A DNA stretch of 64,000 nt from an uncultured Verrucomicrobiae bacterium (GTDB lineage Bacteria; Verrucomicrobiota; Verrucomicrobiia; Chthoniobacterales; Chthoniobacteraceae), in the NCBI GenBank assembly GCA_963769025.1, contig CAVYKI010000002.1:382364-446363 (forward strand), written 5' to 3'. Made by a program: the position numbers and the translations under genes. The notes under the pieces were generated by a model. It searched no databases and had not been told where the DNA came from. It worked only from the letters and a program-made list of their open reading frames with translations. This document shows positions 8,652-19,600 of the stretch, in pieces; the first letter of the stretch is position 1; each line of letters starts with the position of its first letter.

Positions 8652-9509
8652 TCACTTCCTTTTCGAACCAGGCTTCGCGATTTTGGCAGGCACCGCGGGC
8701 TTGGTGGTCCGGCCTGACTTCGACGACTTCGTCGTCCGGGCTGCCTTGGAAGTCCGGGCCATCGTGGACGACTTTGCTGCCTTTAGGACTGTCGCCGCCT
8801 TCGCCGGGGAATCCGAGCCCCGCGCATGGCGCTCCTTGTCCTGCAGCCGCTTCGCGTACATCTCGCATTTCGCGATCTGCACCTCCGGCGGGTCCGTGAT
8901 GTTCACCGGCTTCGCGCGGATGACCCCCAACGCCAGGGCCTCCGCGAGCCACTGCTGGCCTGCCGCTGAGGCGTAATGCCCCGCCTCCGCCCGGTTGCTC
9001 AAGAAACCGCACTCCACCAGCACGGCGCATCCGACTGTCCGCACCAGCACCGCAAAGTCCTGCGACGCGATCCCGCGGTTCGGCGATTCGTGCGACTCAT
9101 CCAGCGCCTCCAGGATCGTCCGTGCCACGAATTTCCCCGCGATGCTTTCCGGAAAATAGAACGTCGAAAAACCCGCCGCGCTCGTCCTCGACGACGCATT
9201 GAAGTGAATGCTCAGCAGCAGTGACTGCGGATACCGGTTCGCGATCTTCACCCGCTCATCCAGCGAAAGGTAAACATCCGTCCTGCGCGTCAGGATGCAC
9301 TTGATGCCGCTCTTCAGCAGCAGCTTCTCCAAGCGCAACGACACCGCCAGCGTCGTGTCCTTTTCCTTCACCTTATACCAGGCCGTCCCTTCGTCGATGC
9401 CCCCATGGCCGGCATCAATCACCACCGTATCAAATGCATGCACCAGCGGAACCGCCAGCAGCAACAGAACCACCGCGACGAGGACGGCGTTTGTTCGCGG
9501 AACATTCAT
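8652..9509 (-). CDS. N-acetylmuramoyl-L-alanine amidase (Amidase_3) with Lys/Ser/Ala-rich tail
   Basis: VVIDAGHGG, EKD, LSIHFNA, VLVECGFLSN zinc-amidase motifs. Confidence 0.9.
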   Translation of the reverse strand: MNVPRTNAVLVAVVLLLLAVPLVHAFDTVVIDAGHGGIDEGTAWYKVKEKDTTLAVSLRLEKLLLKSGIKCILTRRTDVYLSLDERVKIANRYPQSLLLSIHFNASSRTSAAGFSTFYFPESIAGKFVARTILEALDESHESPNRGIASQDFAVLVRTVGCAVLVECGFLSNRAEAGHYASAAGQQWLAEALALGVIRAKPVNITDPPEVQIAKCEMYAKRLQDKERHARGSDSPAKAATVLKAAKSSTMARTSKAARTTKSSKSGRTTKPAVPAKIAKPGSKRK

Positions 9510-9714
9510 AACCGTGCCTCATCCTAGCGTTTCCATGCACTCCCATGCAAGCGATTCCGTGCCCCCGGTAGTGGCCCGATGCTGCCGAGTTCCGGAAAAG
9601 TGAACCGCGGCGGGCGCGGCGGATGCGGGGAAAATCGATGCGCGGGATCTTCCATCCGCCGCGGCGGGGATCGAAGGGTTGGCAGGAGCGCGGCTTCGCG
9701 GGTAGGATGGATCC

Positions 9715-10077
9715 ATGAAATCCGTCGTCGTCCTCGGTGCCAGTCCCAAGCCGGATCGCCATGCATTCATGGCAATGCAGCGACTGGCGGAGCACGGGCA
9801 CAAGGCCATCCCGGTGAACCCGGCTTTTGCGGAGGTGCTGGGTGAACGCTGTTACGCTTCCATCTCCGAGGTGCCGCAGCCGATTCACACGGTGACGATG
9901 TATCTCAGCGGGGAGCGCTCGGCGCCGCTCGCCGGGGACATCCTCAAGGCGAGGCCGAAGCGCATCATTTTCAACCCTGGTGCGGAGAACGAGGAACTGG
10001 CGGACGCTGCCGCTGCCGCGGGGATCGAGACGGTGAATGGATGCACGCTGGTGATGTTGGGCGCGGGGAGCTTTTGA
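9715..10077 (+). CDS. CoA-binding protein (YccU-like)
   Basis: VVVLGASPKPDR, IPVNP, IIFNPGAEN, CTLVML. Confidence 0.9.
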   Translation: MKSVVVLGASPKPDRHAFMAMQRLAEHGHKAIPVNPAFAEVLGERCYASISEVPQPIHTVTMYLSGERSAPLAGDILKARPKRIIFNPGAENEELADAAAAAGIETVNGCTLVMLGAGSF

Positions 10078-10114
10078 CTTGCAGGCGTTTCCCGGAGCGG
10101 CTTCAAGCGGCATC

Positions 10115-10489
10115 ATGCCTGAACACATTGAGAACGAGATCCGTGCAAACACTCCCGAGCCCCAGTGCCGGACCGAGATTGCTGAAAACCAGACTGCCAG
10201 TGTGACGGCAACCGGCGAGTGGTTTTGCGAAGGCAATCCGCGCGGCCCCGGCGGCAACACCGGGGAGCCAAAGGCGGGCGGCGAATGTCCTGTGCCAGGA
10301 GCCAATGAGAACTGCCTGGTGGTCATCGTCACCCGTGCCGATGGCGAGGAGAAGGTGCCATTCACCCGCGATGATGACGCGCTGAAGATTCAGGGCCCGT
10401 GCGCGCTCACGTTCGTGCCGAACGGACCGAGCGACATGCTGGATGAAAACTTTGGCCTGATCACGGTTTCGGTGGACATCGCACCATAG
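10115..10489 (+). CDS. LecA/PA-IL-like lectin-fold protein
   Basis: Collinear by-eye matches to LecA motifs over 124 aa (IRAN, ATGEW, GPGG, CLVVIV, LTFVPN, DENFGLITV). Confidence 0.55.
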   Translation: MPEHIENEIRANTPEPQCRTEIAENQTASVTATGEWFCEGNPRGPGGNTGEPKAGGECPVPGANENCLVVIVTRADGEEKVPFTRDDDALKIQGPCALTFVPNGPSDMLDENFGLITVSVDIAP

Positions 10490-10562
10490 CCCTGATCAGG
10501 GCGAAGACGGGGAGCGGACTTTGCGTTCGGGCCCCGGGTATCGGCCGCGCTTCAAACGCGGA

Positions 10563-12855
10563 TCAGAACTTTAAACGCATGCCAAACACCCCGGTGAACG
10601 TTTCCTGCGGCGTCGCGGTCTGATAAGAAAAGCCGGCGGTGGCATTGTGGTTGTCAGTGATGTTCCTGAGGTCGGCGTAGATCTCCATGTAGTCGGTCGG
10701 CTTGTAGAGCAGATGCACGTTCAGTTCCCACGGATTGCGCGTTTCGCTGGTCAGCGCGCTGGCGCTGAGGTTCTTCGGCGTGGACATCGCGACGAGGCTA
10801 GGGGTCAGGAAAAGCTTCGGGGTAATGGCCCACGTGGCGCCGAGCCGGAAGTTATGCTGGGAGAGCCCTTTCAGACCGAGCGTGATTCCTCCGACCGATT
10901 CATCGAACGAAGTCAGTGAATAGGAAAACCAAGTGCTGAGATTGCGATCCAGCTTGGCCTTTCCGTAGAAATCCATGCCCACATTCTTGCTGGTTCCGCC
11001 GTTCACGGAGTGAACGATCGTGCGATTTTGCGCCGCCGTGCCTTCCAGTCCGACGTAGGCGTCTTTCATCACGATATTTTGGTCCAATCCGCCATCCGAG
11101 ACGAGGATGAGGTCGCTTTGCTCCCCGTAGTAGAAGCTCAGCCCGAGATTGTAGTTCGGTTTGGCGTAGGAGAAATTCAGTTCATGCGTCTTGGAGGTCT
11201 CCGGTTGCAAATTGGGATTTGAAATGGCGAGGATGTCGCCGCGATCGTAGGTCGCGTTGAAATACGGGGACGGGGAAATATAGGCCCATGAATAGGTGTA
11301 CTTCGCAGTCAGGGCGTCGGTCAGGTTGTACACGATGGCGGCACGCGGGGTGTAAGAAGGGTCCTCGATGCGGCTGTCCTTATCCACGCGGGTGCCGGCG
11401 ATCACCTTCAGCTTGGGATTGATCTGCCAGGTAGTTTCGAAATAGGCGCCGATCCGGTCGAATTCCGCATCGATGACGCGCGGAACGGTCTTCATGGAAG
11501 TGGGATCTCCGGCCCTCGTGTAATAAACGAAGTCTCCGGCTTCCATGATGGTCTGGTTGTGGCTCCCGCCGCTCGCCCCGCCAGGGACGGTGGATTTTGC
11601 GATGATGTCGTAGTTGGTGTAGGCGACGCCGAAGAGCGCCGACCACGACTTGGTGATGTCAAACTTCAGCGTGTGCTCGGTGGCGATGCTGTGTTCGTTG
11701 GCGTACTTGTAGTCGTTGTAGAACCAGGAGGTGGAGGTCAGCGTATCCGGGAACACGTAACGCGATGTGGGATCGACCTCGTAAAAATTATAGGTGATGG
11801 AGGAATCGAGCGTGGCTTTCTCGGAAATCTTCCACTGGTACTTCAACTCCGTGACCCATGAACTGTCCTGCCAGACAGCCTCGGAGACGTATGCGAGGAT
11901 CGGGAAGCCGTAGCCTTCGGCGCTGCTGCGCTTGGAGTTCCGATACCAGCTCTGAAGGACCAGGTCTCCAATCTGGAGTTTGGCGAAGGCGTTCAGGCCG
12001 AAATCCTGGCGTTCCGGGACCGTGCCACTTCCCCGGTTCGCCGCCCCCGTGAGGTTCAGGGCGCTCTGCCACCAGCGGGGATACTCCTTGTCGATCCGCG
12101 TCAGGTTGGAGTCGTGGTATTGGACATAGCCGCTGAAGCTGATGTTCCTCGCGCGATCGAATATCTTGCCAAACGAGCCGTAAATCTCGCGTTCGGAGAC
12201 GGAGCCCGCATGGCCGCCGAGTTCAAGCGACATCTTTCCGGACGCCGGCGGTTCCTTGGTTTTTACATTAATCACCGCGCTGATGGCGTCCTGGCCGTAG
12301 AGCGTGGAGCCGGGGCCGTAGATGATCTCGATCTGCTCGGCATTCCGCACGCTGAAGTCGTTGCGGAAGGGAAAATACTCACCTCCGGGGGGATTGACGC
12401 GCATCCCATTGACTAGCACGACGACCTTGTTGTTGCTGGCAATCCCGCGGACGGAAACCTGGGTTCCGATTTCGGAGAAAAAATACGAGGACAAATCCAT
12501 TCCCGGGACGTCCCTGAGCACGTCCTTGAGCGACGAGTAGCCGCGCAGGGAGATGTCGTTCTTGTCGATGACGTAAACCGTGCCGGGCGCTGCGATTGCC
12601 TTTTCGGCTTTCTTCGAGGCGGTGGTGACGGTCGCGACATCGAGTGTCAGCAGTTCTTCGATGCTCATCCTTTTCAGCGCATCCAGGCCCTCGGCGGCCG
12701 CGCCCGGGGGAGGCATCCGTCGCTTCTGCTGCCCGGACGTGCGTGGGCGTGAACAGGGAGAATCCGGTAATCGCAGCCACCGAGGTGGCAAGGGCGCGAA
12801 CACGGCGCTGATGGGAACGGCGGGACTTGGCGGATTTGCGAATGGGGGGATTCAT
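10563..12855 (-). CDS. TonB-dependent receptor (apparent frameshift near 12710)
   Basis: MSIEELL..V.TASK N-terminus, plug motifs (LRDVPG, SVRG, IEIIYGPGSTLYGQDA), NPNLQPE, terminal Phe; signal peptide in the adjacent frame from ATG 12855. Confidence 0.9.
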
Positions 12856-12927
12856 GGGATTGCGATTTTGGGGAATGCAATAGGGCGAGTGGGAGGGGAA
12901 TGTCGGCGGAACGGGGTGCGAGCCAGT

Positions 12928-13465
12928 TTAGAGGGGAGTCGAAAGTGTCAGAATCCTGGAACTGAAGTTCAGCCGGGCCCGCTGAGCTTCGCTGACGTTG
13001 ATATGGAAACGAAGTTTGGACGCGCCCGTGGACAGGCCAACCATGCCGCCCAGCTTGGTGAATTGATCGATATCGCTAATGACGATAGTTCCGTCGCGTC
13101 GCGTGGCCTTGATGATGTCAGCGATACGCGGTGTTTCCGAGCGGCTGATGAACAGAATCCGGCAACCGTCCAGCGCCTCTGGCTTTGATGAGCGTTTGAT
13201 TGCGACCTTGCGGCCGGAGACGGTCTGCCCGCGCATGATTGAATCCAGGGCGCCTCCAAATGGGTCGTCGCCGAGTACGCCGATGGTGAACGGGGTCTGC
13301 GTGTCGGTGCCGGCCTTGTCCGGCCAGGTGGTAAATTTCGTGATGGTCAGCAGGAACGTGGCTTTTACCTCGGTACTCCGAGTACTGTGCGCGGCCAACG
13401 GGGGCGAAGGCGAACGCCAGGCAGAGGCAGACCAAGCGGAGAAGGAGCTTACGCAAAGGTCCCAT
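12928..13465 (-). CDS. YfiR/HmsC (DUF4154) family periplasmic protein (apparent frameshift near 13375)
   Basis: EY(E)VKATFL..ITKFTTWP, IGVLGDDPF, CRILFIS, GGMVGL, F.IN, SSRILTL; signal peptide in the neighbouring frame. Confidence 0.85.
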
Positions 13466-13819
13466 TTCTCTGTGTGCTATCGCGTTGAAAGTGCGCCGGG
13501 AAACAAATCCGCAGGCGGGCTGCCTTCGTCTGGTGAATAGGCGGAAAAGGCCGTGACCATGCATCGGGAGGAACAGTCAGTGTTTAGGGGCGGTGGCAAC
13601 CTGCGGCCTGAGATCATCCGTGGGGACTGTCTGCGGACCGCGGGAAATGAAGCAGGCCGTTTAACGGGGGCAAAACATCAGGGGAAGGATAATCTTGAGA
13701 TTTATGGAGCGCCCAATGGCTGACGGGTGCTGCCGGCGGCAATTTTTTGGAGGAACGGGAGTGGGAACGCCGCGAGTTCACCATTTACCTCGCGATCGGG
13801 TTGTGCGATTTGCGGAGCC

Positions 13820-14965
13820 ATGCCGACGCTCCTCCCGCCCAGCCGCCAAGCATCATGGTTCCAGGCCCGCCGCGCCGCGCTCGTTGCCTTGTGTGTCCAC
13901 GTTTGCCTGAGCCTGTGCGCGGCGGGCGCGAACGGTGCCGAGAGCGGGACGGATCGTGTGCGTGTGGTCCGGGCGTCCGCGGCGGGGCAGGTGGTGAAGG
14001 CGCAGGCGGGCGCGGATGGGACGATTCATGTGCTCGGCGACTCGGCGGAGGGGCCGCGGTATGTGAGATCGACCGACGGCGGACTCACTTTCAGCGCGCC
14101 CATCGCCGTCGTGGACGGGGCCGCGCGGAAACCCGGGCTCAAGTTCATCGTCTGGGATATCGCCCTGGGCAAGGATGGCCGCGTGCATGTGGCGCTCGGG
14201 ACCAATGCGTGGCAGTTGAAGCTGCCGAAGGACGAGTGGGGATTCTTTTACACGAGCCTCGCGCCGGGCGCGAAGTCGTTCGCGCCGGTGCGGAATCTCA
14301 ACCGCATCCCCAGCGAAGGATTTTCCCTCGCCGCCGATGCGCGCGGCACGGTGACCGCGTGTTTCCTCGCGGGGAAAATCTTCACGATGGTGTCGCACGA
14401 TGGCGGCGCGACTTTCTCGGCGGCCACGGAACTCAACCCCGCGTGGAACCCGTGCCGCTGCTGCACGACGAGCGTGGCCTTCGGGCGCGACGGCACCCAG
14501 GCGCTGCTCTATCGCGAGGAGACCAACAACGACCGCGACATCCACCTCGCGCTTTGGAAACCGAATCCCGGCAGCGAGCCGGCGCGCACGCGCATCAGCG
14601 ACACGCCGTGGAAAATCGCGGCGTGTCCGATGACCTATTTCACAGTCGTCCCCACCGAGGCCGGCTACCTGGCGGCGTGGCCGACGAAGGGGGAGGTGTT
14701 CTTTGCACGGATGGACAAGGATGGCGCCGTCCTGCCTCCGGGGGAAATCAAGACGCCTGCCACGAGCGGGATGCGCACCGGCGTGCTGGCACTGGGCGCG
14801 CCTGACGGCGCGACGCTCATTGCGGCGAAGAACAAGGACGTGCTGACATGGCAGCTCTACGACGCGAAAGGCCAGCCGCTGGGTGTCGCCGGGACCGACG
14901 CCAGTCCGGGTGCCGGAGCCGCGGGCGTCGTGCTTCGGGGTGGAAAGTTCGTGCTGTTCCTATGA
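13820..14965 (+). CDS. secreted sialidase/BNR (Asp-box) beta-propeller-like protein
   Basis: Signal peptide; RSTDGGLTFS and SHDGGATFS Asp-boxes; CRCC and CP motifs. Confidence 0.7.
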   Translation: MPTLLPPSRQASWFQARRAALVALCVHVCLSLCAAGANGAESGTDRVRVVRASAAGQVVKAQAGADGTIHVLGDSAEGPRYVRSTDGGLTFSAPIAVVDGAARKPGLKFIVWDIALGKDGRVHVALGTNAWQLKLPKDEWGFFYTSLAPGAKSFAPVRNLNRIPSEGFSLAADARGTVTACFLAGKIFTMVSHDGGATFSAATELNPAWNPCRCCTTSVAFGRDGTQALLYREETNNDRDIHLALWKPNPGSEPARTRISDTPWKIAACPMTYFTVVPTEAGYLAAWPTKGEVFFARMDKDGAVLPPGEIKTPATSGMRTGVLALGAPDGATLIAAKNKDVLTWQLYDAKGQPLGVAGTDASPGAGAAGVVLRGGKFVLFL

Positions 14966-15062
14966 CGGCCACATCGGCAGACAGCCCGCGCCCCATTCCC
15001 GTCGTGGTCGCACATTCCCCGCGGGACCCCCGGCGGAGCTGAAGCGAGCCTGACCAAAAGCC

Positions 15063-16283
15063 ATGCCTCCTTCACCCGAGATCGCAGCACCTCCCGCCGA
15101 GCGCCTGCGGTCGGTGGATGCGCTCCGCGGATTCGACATGTTTTGGATCCTCGGCGCGGGGATCTTCGTGAAGGCGCTCGACAAGATGAGCGACAACTCG
15201 CCCACGCGCCTGCTCGCCGAGCAGCTCCAGCATGTGCAGTGGGAAGGCGTCCGGTTCTACGATCTGATCTTCCCGCTCTTCCTTTTCATCGTCGGAGTGT
15301 CGCTCGTCTTTTCGCTCGACCGCACGCTGGCCCGCGCCGGGCGGGCAAAGGCGGTCGTCCAGATCGTGCGGCGCAGCGTGCTGCTCTTTTTGCTCGGCGT
15401 GCTGTACAGCGGCGGGCTGTCGGACCGTTGGCCGGATGTCACCCTCGGCGGCGTGCTCCAGCGCATCGCGGCGTGCTACCTTTTCGCCGCGCTCATCTAC
15501 GTCTGGTACGCCAGTCGGCTGAAGGTGATCGCCGGCATCGCCGCCGCGCTGCTCGTCGGATACTGGGCGCTGCTGTCGTTTGTGCCGTTCCCCGATTTGC
15601 GGCTGGAAAAGGGGAGCGTGGAGGAAGTCGCGCAGCGCATCGGCTCGCACGATCCGGCGGTGATCGCCGCGGCCGTGCCGGGGCGCGTGCAGGGCCTTTA
15701 CGAGGAGCACCGCAACCTCGCCAACTACCTCGACTTCCGTTTCCTGCCCGGAAAAAAGATGTCGCTGTACTACATCAACGAAGGCCTGCTGAGCACGCTG
15801 CCTTCGATTGCGCTCTGCCTGTTCGGCATCTTCGCCGGGCGGCTTTTGAAAGGAGGCACGGACCCACGGCGGAAGGTCGCACTGCTGTTTGCGGCCGGAG
15901 CAGCGGGCATCGTGCTCGGCTGTCTGTGGTCGCTGCAATTTCCGCTCATCAAGCGCATCTGGACCTCGTCATTCGTCCTCGTGTCGGGCGGCTACAGTGC
16001 GGCGATGCTCGGGCTTTTTTACTACGTCGTGGATGTGCGGAAATGGAACCGCTGGTGCGAGCCGTTCGTGTGGATCGGCATGAACTCGATCACGCTCTAT
16101 CTCTCGGCGCGCTTCATCAACTACACCGGGAGCGCCGAGAAATTCGTGGGCGGCGACGTGAAGGCGTTCCTCGACTCGCAGGTGCAGGGGCTCGGCAGCC
16201 TCGGCATCGCGGTATCCGGCCTCGGCCTGGTCTTCCTGCTCGCGTGGTTCCTGCATCGCCGGCGGATTTTTCTGCGCGTGTAG
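15063..16283 (+). CDS. heparan-alpha-glucosaminide N-acetyltransferase-like membrane acyltransferase (DUF5009)
   Basis: RLRSVDALRGFDM, H..WEG..YDLIFPLFLFIVG, GVLQRIA, EGLLS, IKRIWTSS. Confidence 0.85.
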   Translation: MPPSPEIAAPPAERLRSVDALRGFDMFWILGAGIFVKALDKMSDNSPTRLLAEQLQHVQWEGVRFYDLIFPLFLFIVGVSLVFSLDRTLARAGRAKAVVQIVRRSVLLFLLGVLYSGGLSDRWPDVTLGGVLQRIAACYLFAALIYVWYASRLKVIAGIAAALLVGYWALLSFVPFPDLRLEKGSVEEVAQRIGSHDPAVIAAAVPGRVQGLYEEHRNLANYLDFRFLPGKKMSLYYINEGLLSTLPSIALCLFGIFAGRLLKGGTDPRRKVALLFAAGAAGIVLGCLWSLQFPLIKRIWTSSFVLVSGGYSAAMLGLFYYVVDVRKWNRWCEPFVWIGMNSITLYLSARFINYTGSAEKFVGGDVKAFLDSQVQGLGSLGIAVSGLGLVFLLAWFLHRRRIFLRV

Positions 16284-16607
16284 CGGGGCGGGATGCGGTG
16301 CTTGTGGTCGGCACCCGGAAGCTTCGTTGGTGCGGCGCGGAAGTTGATAATTTAATTCCTTAACCGAAGAGTCTCAAGAATTTGCGCGAATGAGGAATTA
16401 TTCGTTGACGGCAACGCGAAACTCGAAAGAAGCGCAGTCGGCATGGCAATATTCATCCGATATCGCTCGAGGGAACGGCACCGCGCCATGCTTCCCGGGC
16501 AGGTTTGCCCGGCAAGATAGGGATCCCCTCGGCACCTCCGGAAACAGACCTCAGTCCATCCATTTCGACCACTCGCCGCCAACCCAACCACCCGCTCACC
16601 CAACTCC

Positions 16608-19600
16608 ATGAAGACCACCAAAGCCACCACCGTCGTCTCCCTCCGCACCAGCCGCAAGAATCGCATTGGCCGCAAGTCCGGGCTGCGCCCATCCATCCTC
16701 GCCACCTCGATCGCTGCGTTGTTGGCGTGGGGGAACCGCGCACGCCCAGCTCACCATTAACCCGAATTTCGACGCCTCGATCGACGCCTTGGGCGTTGTC
16801 CAGGCCGCGCAAGTGAAAAGCGCAATCAATGCCGCCATCACTCAAGTCACGAGCCTGTTCACGACCTTCAACCCGACGACCATTGCCATTGATTTCCACT
16901 CAGTGAATTTCGGGCTCGGCGGCAGCGGCACGGCGCAATACACAATGCCGTATTCCACATACAAAACCGCCCTCCTCTCCAACCCGGGCCAGAATGCGGT
17001 CCAGACTGCGGCCTACGCCACTCTGCCCGTGGGACCGGTGGGCGTTGGCGGTCTCAGCAACACGCGGGTCATGGCTGCTGCCGGGTTGGCTCTGGGCGAC
17101 CCGACGGGCGGTGCAGCTACGGCTATCGCCAGCAGCCAAGTCTTCGGCTTCAATGGTGGTGCGAATCCGATGACCCGGCAGGCGGGTTATGCGGGCATCG
17201 TCGTGTTGAATACAGGGCTGATGTTTGCTGACAGGAACAATCCGGTGAACAACCTGTATGACGTCCAGTCGGTGACCATCCACGAGATCAATGAAGTCCT
17301 TGGCGGCGCGGGTGGCTTCACCAGTCAGGGCGGGAGTCCCAGTAATTTCGGAACGATGGATCTTTTCCGCTACAGTGCCCCCAACACAAGGAGCTACACG
17401 AGCAATCTCGCCACGTCCGCTTACATGTCCATTGATAACGGTGTCACCAACATCGTGAGGTTTAACCAGGAAAACTTGGACAGCGGCGACGCCGGTGACT
17501 ATGGAAACCCGGTTGCGGTGAATGGATCCGGCATGGTTGGCAACGTTCCCCCGCGGGTGAACGATGCTTTCAACACGCCGTTTACGACTGGCACGCCGGG
17601 AGGCTGGACCAATATTGGGTTCGCAGAGTTCACGAGCTTTCAGATGACCGGCTTCAACCTCACCGCGCTGGCGATGGCTCCGGGGCGGGTTTGGACAGGC
17701 AGCTCGAGCGGCTTTTGGAACCAGGCCAACTGGGCCAGCGATGCCGCTGGCACGCCCACGGTTTCGCTGCCGACGGCCGCAGACGACATCTCCTTCTCCG
17801 CGGCGGGTGCGCACAGCCAGTCCACCACGCTCGGCCAGAATATCACGATCCGCAGCCTGACCATCAACGACGTCTTCCCGATCAGCATCGCTCCCGGCGG
17901 AGCCTTCGCGCTGACCATCTCGGGCCTTGCGGGCACGGGCATTGATGTGAAGGCGGGCGCCGGGGCGGTGACGATATCCTCGGGCCTCGCGCTCACTGGC
18001 AATTCGGACACGATCAATGTGAGCAACGTGGGTGGCCTCTCGCTCACGGGCGGGCTCGGGGGCACCACCAGTTTCACCAAGACGGGGACCGGCAAGCTCA
18101 CGTTTGGCAGTTCGCTGAATGTCACCCACACGGGCGGCATGACCTTGCAAGGGGGCACGCTCAGCCTGCAGCTTGGCCTCGCGGCGGGCTTCGGCACCAT
18201 CATGACCACGGGCTCGGTGATTGACTATGCCGCGGGCATCAACAACGCCGCGCCGATCCAGATCGCCAGCAACACGACGCAGTTCCAGGTGCTCATGGGA
18301 ACCGCGACGCAGTCGGGTATCATTTCGCAGGACGCCCCCGGGCGGCCGATGGAGAAGATCGGCGTGGGCACGCTCGTGCTCACGGCAGCGAACAGCTACA
18401 CGGGCGGCACCAAAGTCAGCGCGGGCACGCTGCAGATCGGTAATGGGATGATCGGGAGCATCCATGCCGGGAGCGACGTGGAGGTGCTGCCGGGTGCGAC
18501 GCTGGACGTGAACTTGGCCGACCTCTCGACCTTTGCCAATGCCATCAACAACAAGGGGACGGTGCGCGGGATCAACGGGCCTGGCACCACGCAGACATTG
18601 AGCGGGAACATCCACGGCATCGGCAGCCTCGTGCAGAATGGGAATGGGAAAACCATCCTTACCGGGGTGAACAGCTATTCGGGCGGGACGCAGGTGAGGG
18701 TCTCAGGCACGCTGCAGGTCGGCGCGGGCGCGCTGGCCAGCAGTGTGGGCAGCGGGAACGTGAGTCTGGGCGGCTCTCTGGCGATTCATAATGCGACGGG
18801 CGGGCTCATTGCCAATAACATCGACGCCGACGTGGTGGGCGTGAACGGCTTTTTGGCCACCGCCCAGACGGGGACACTTGAGCTGTCGGGCACGATCACC
18901 AACTCGGGCGGTGGCGGCGGAACCCTGAAACTCACGCAGTTCGGCAGCGGCACGACGATTCTGAGCAATACGGGGAACACCTATTCGGGCGGTACGCTCG
19001 TGTCGGGCGGGACGCTGCAGGTGGGCAAGGCCATTGCTGCGGGGTCGGTCGGGACGGCTGACATCAGCGTTATCAGCGCTGGGACGCTGTCGCTGGTGAA
19101 CCTCATTGGGAACGCGCTGACGAACAACATCACCAACGGAATCGTGGGCACGGGCACGGTGGAGGTGAACTCCGCGAACACGAACACGCTCTCCGGCGCG
19201 CTGACGAATGGTGCCGCCGGCACGCTCGCGCTGGTGCAGAAGGGCGCGGGGACGACAATCCTGACCAGTGCGCTCGGCAACACCTACACGGGCGGGACGA
19301 CGGTGAGCGCCGGCCCCCTGCAGGTAGGCAATGCGGGCAACACGGGATCCATCGGCGCCCCTGACGGCACCGGTCAGAGCACCACGATCAATGTCGGGAC
19401 GGGGGCACGTTCTCGATTGTAAACATGGGCGGCGGCAGCACCTTTTTGTCCGGTCCCTACAGTGGGAAACTATTTGGAGGGAATATCATCAACAACCTGG
19501 GCGGCTCGGGAACCGTGCTGGTTGATTCGACGAACAACGTCGGCCTTTTGTCGAGAATTCAGGACGGGACGGGCAGCCTTGCCGTCACCAAGAACGGCAC

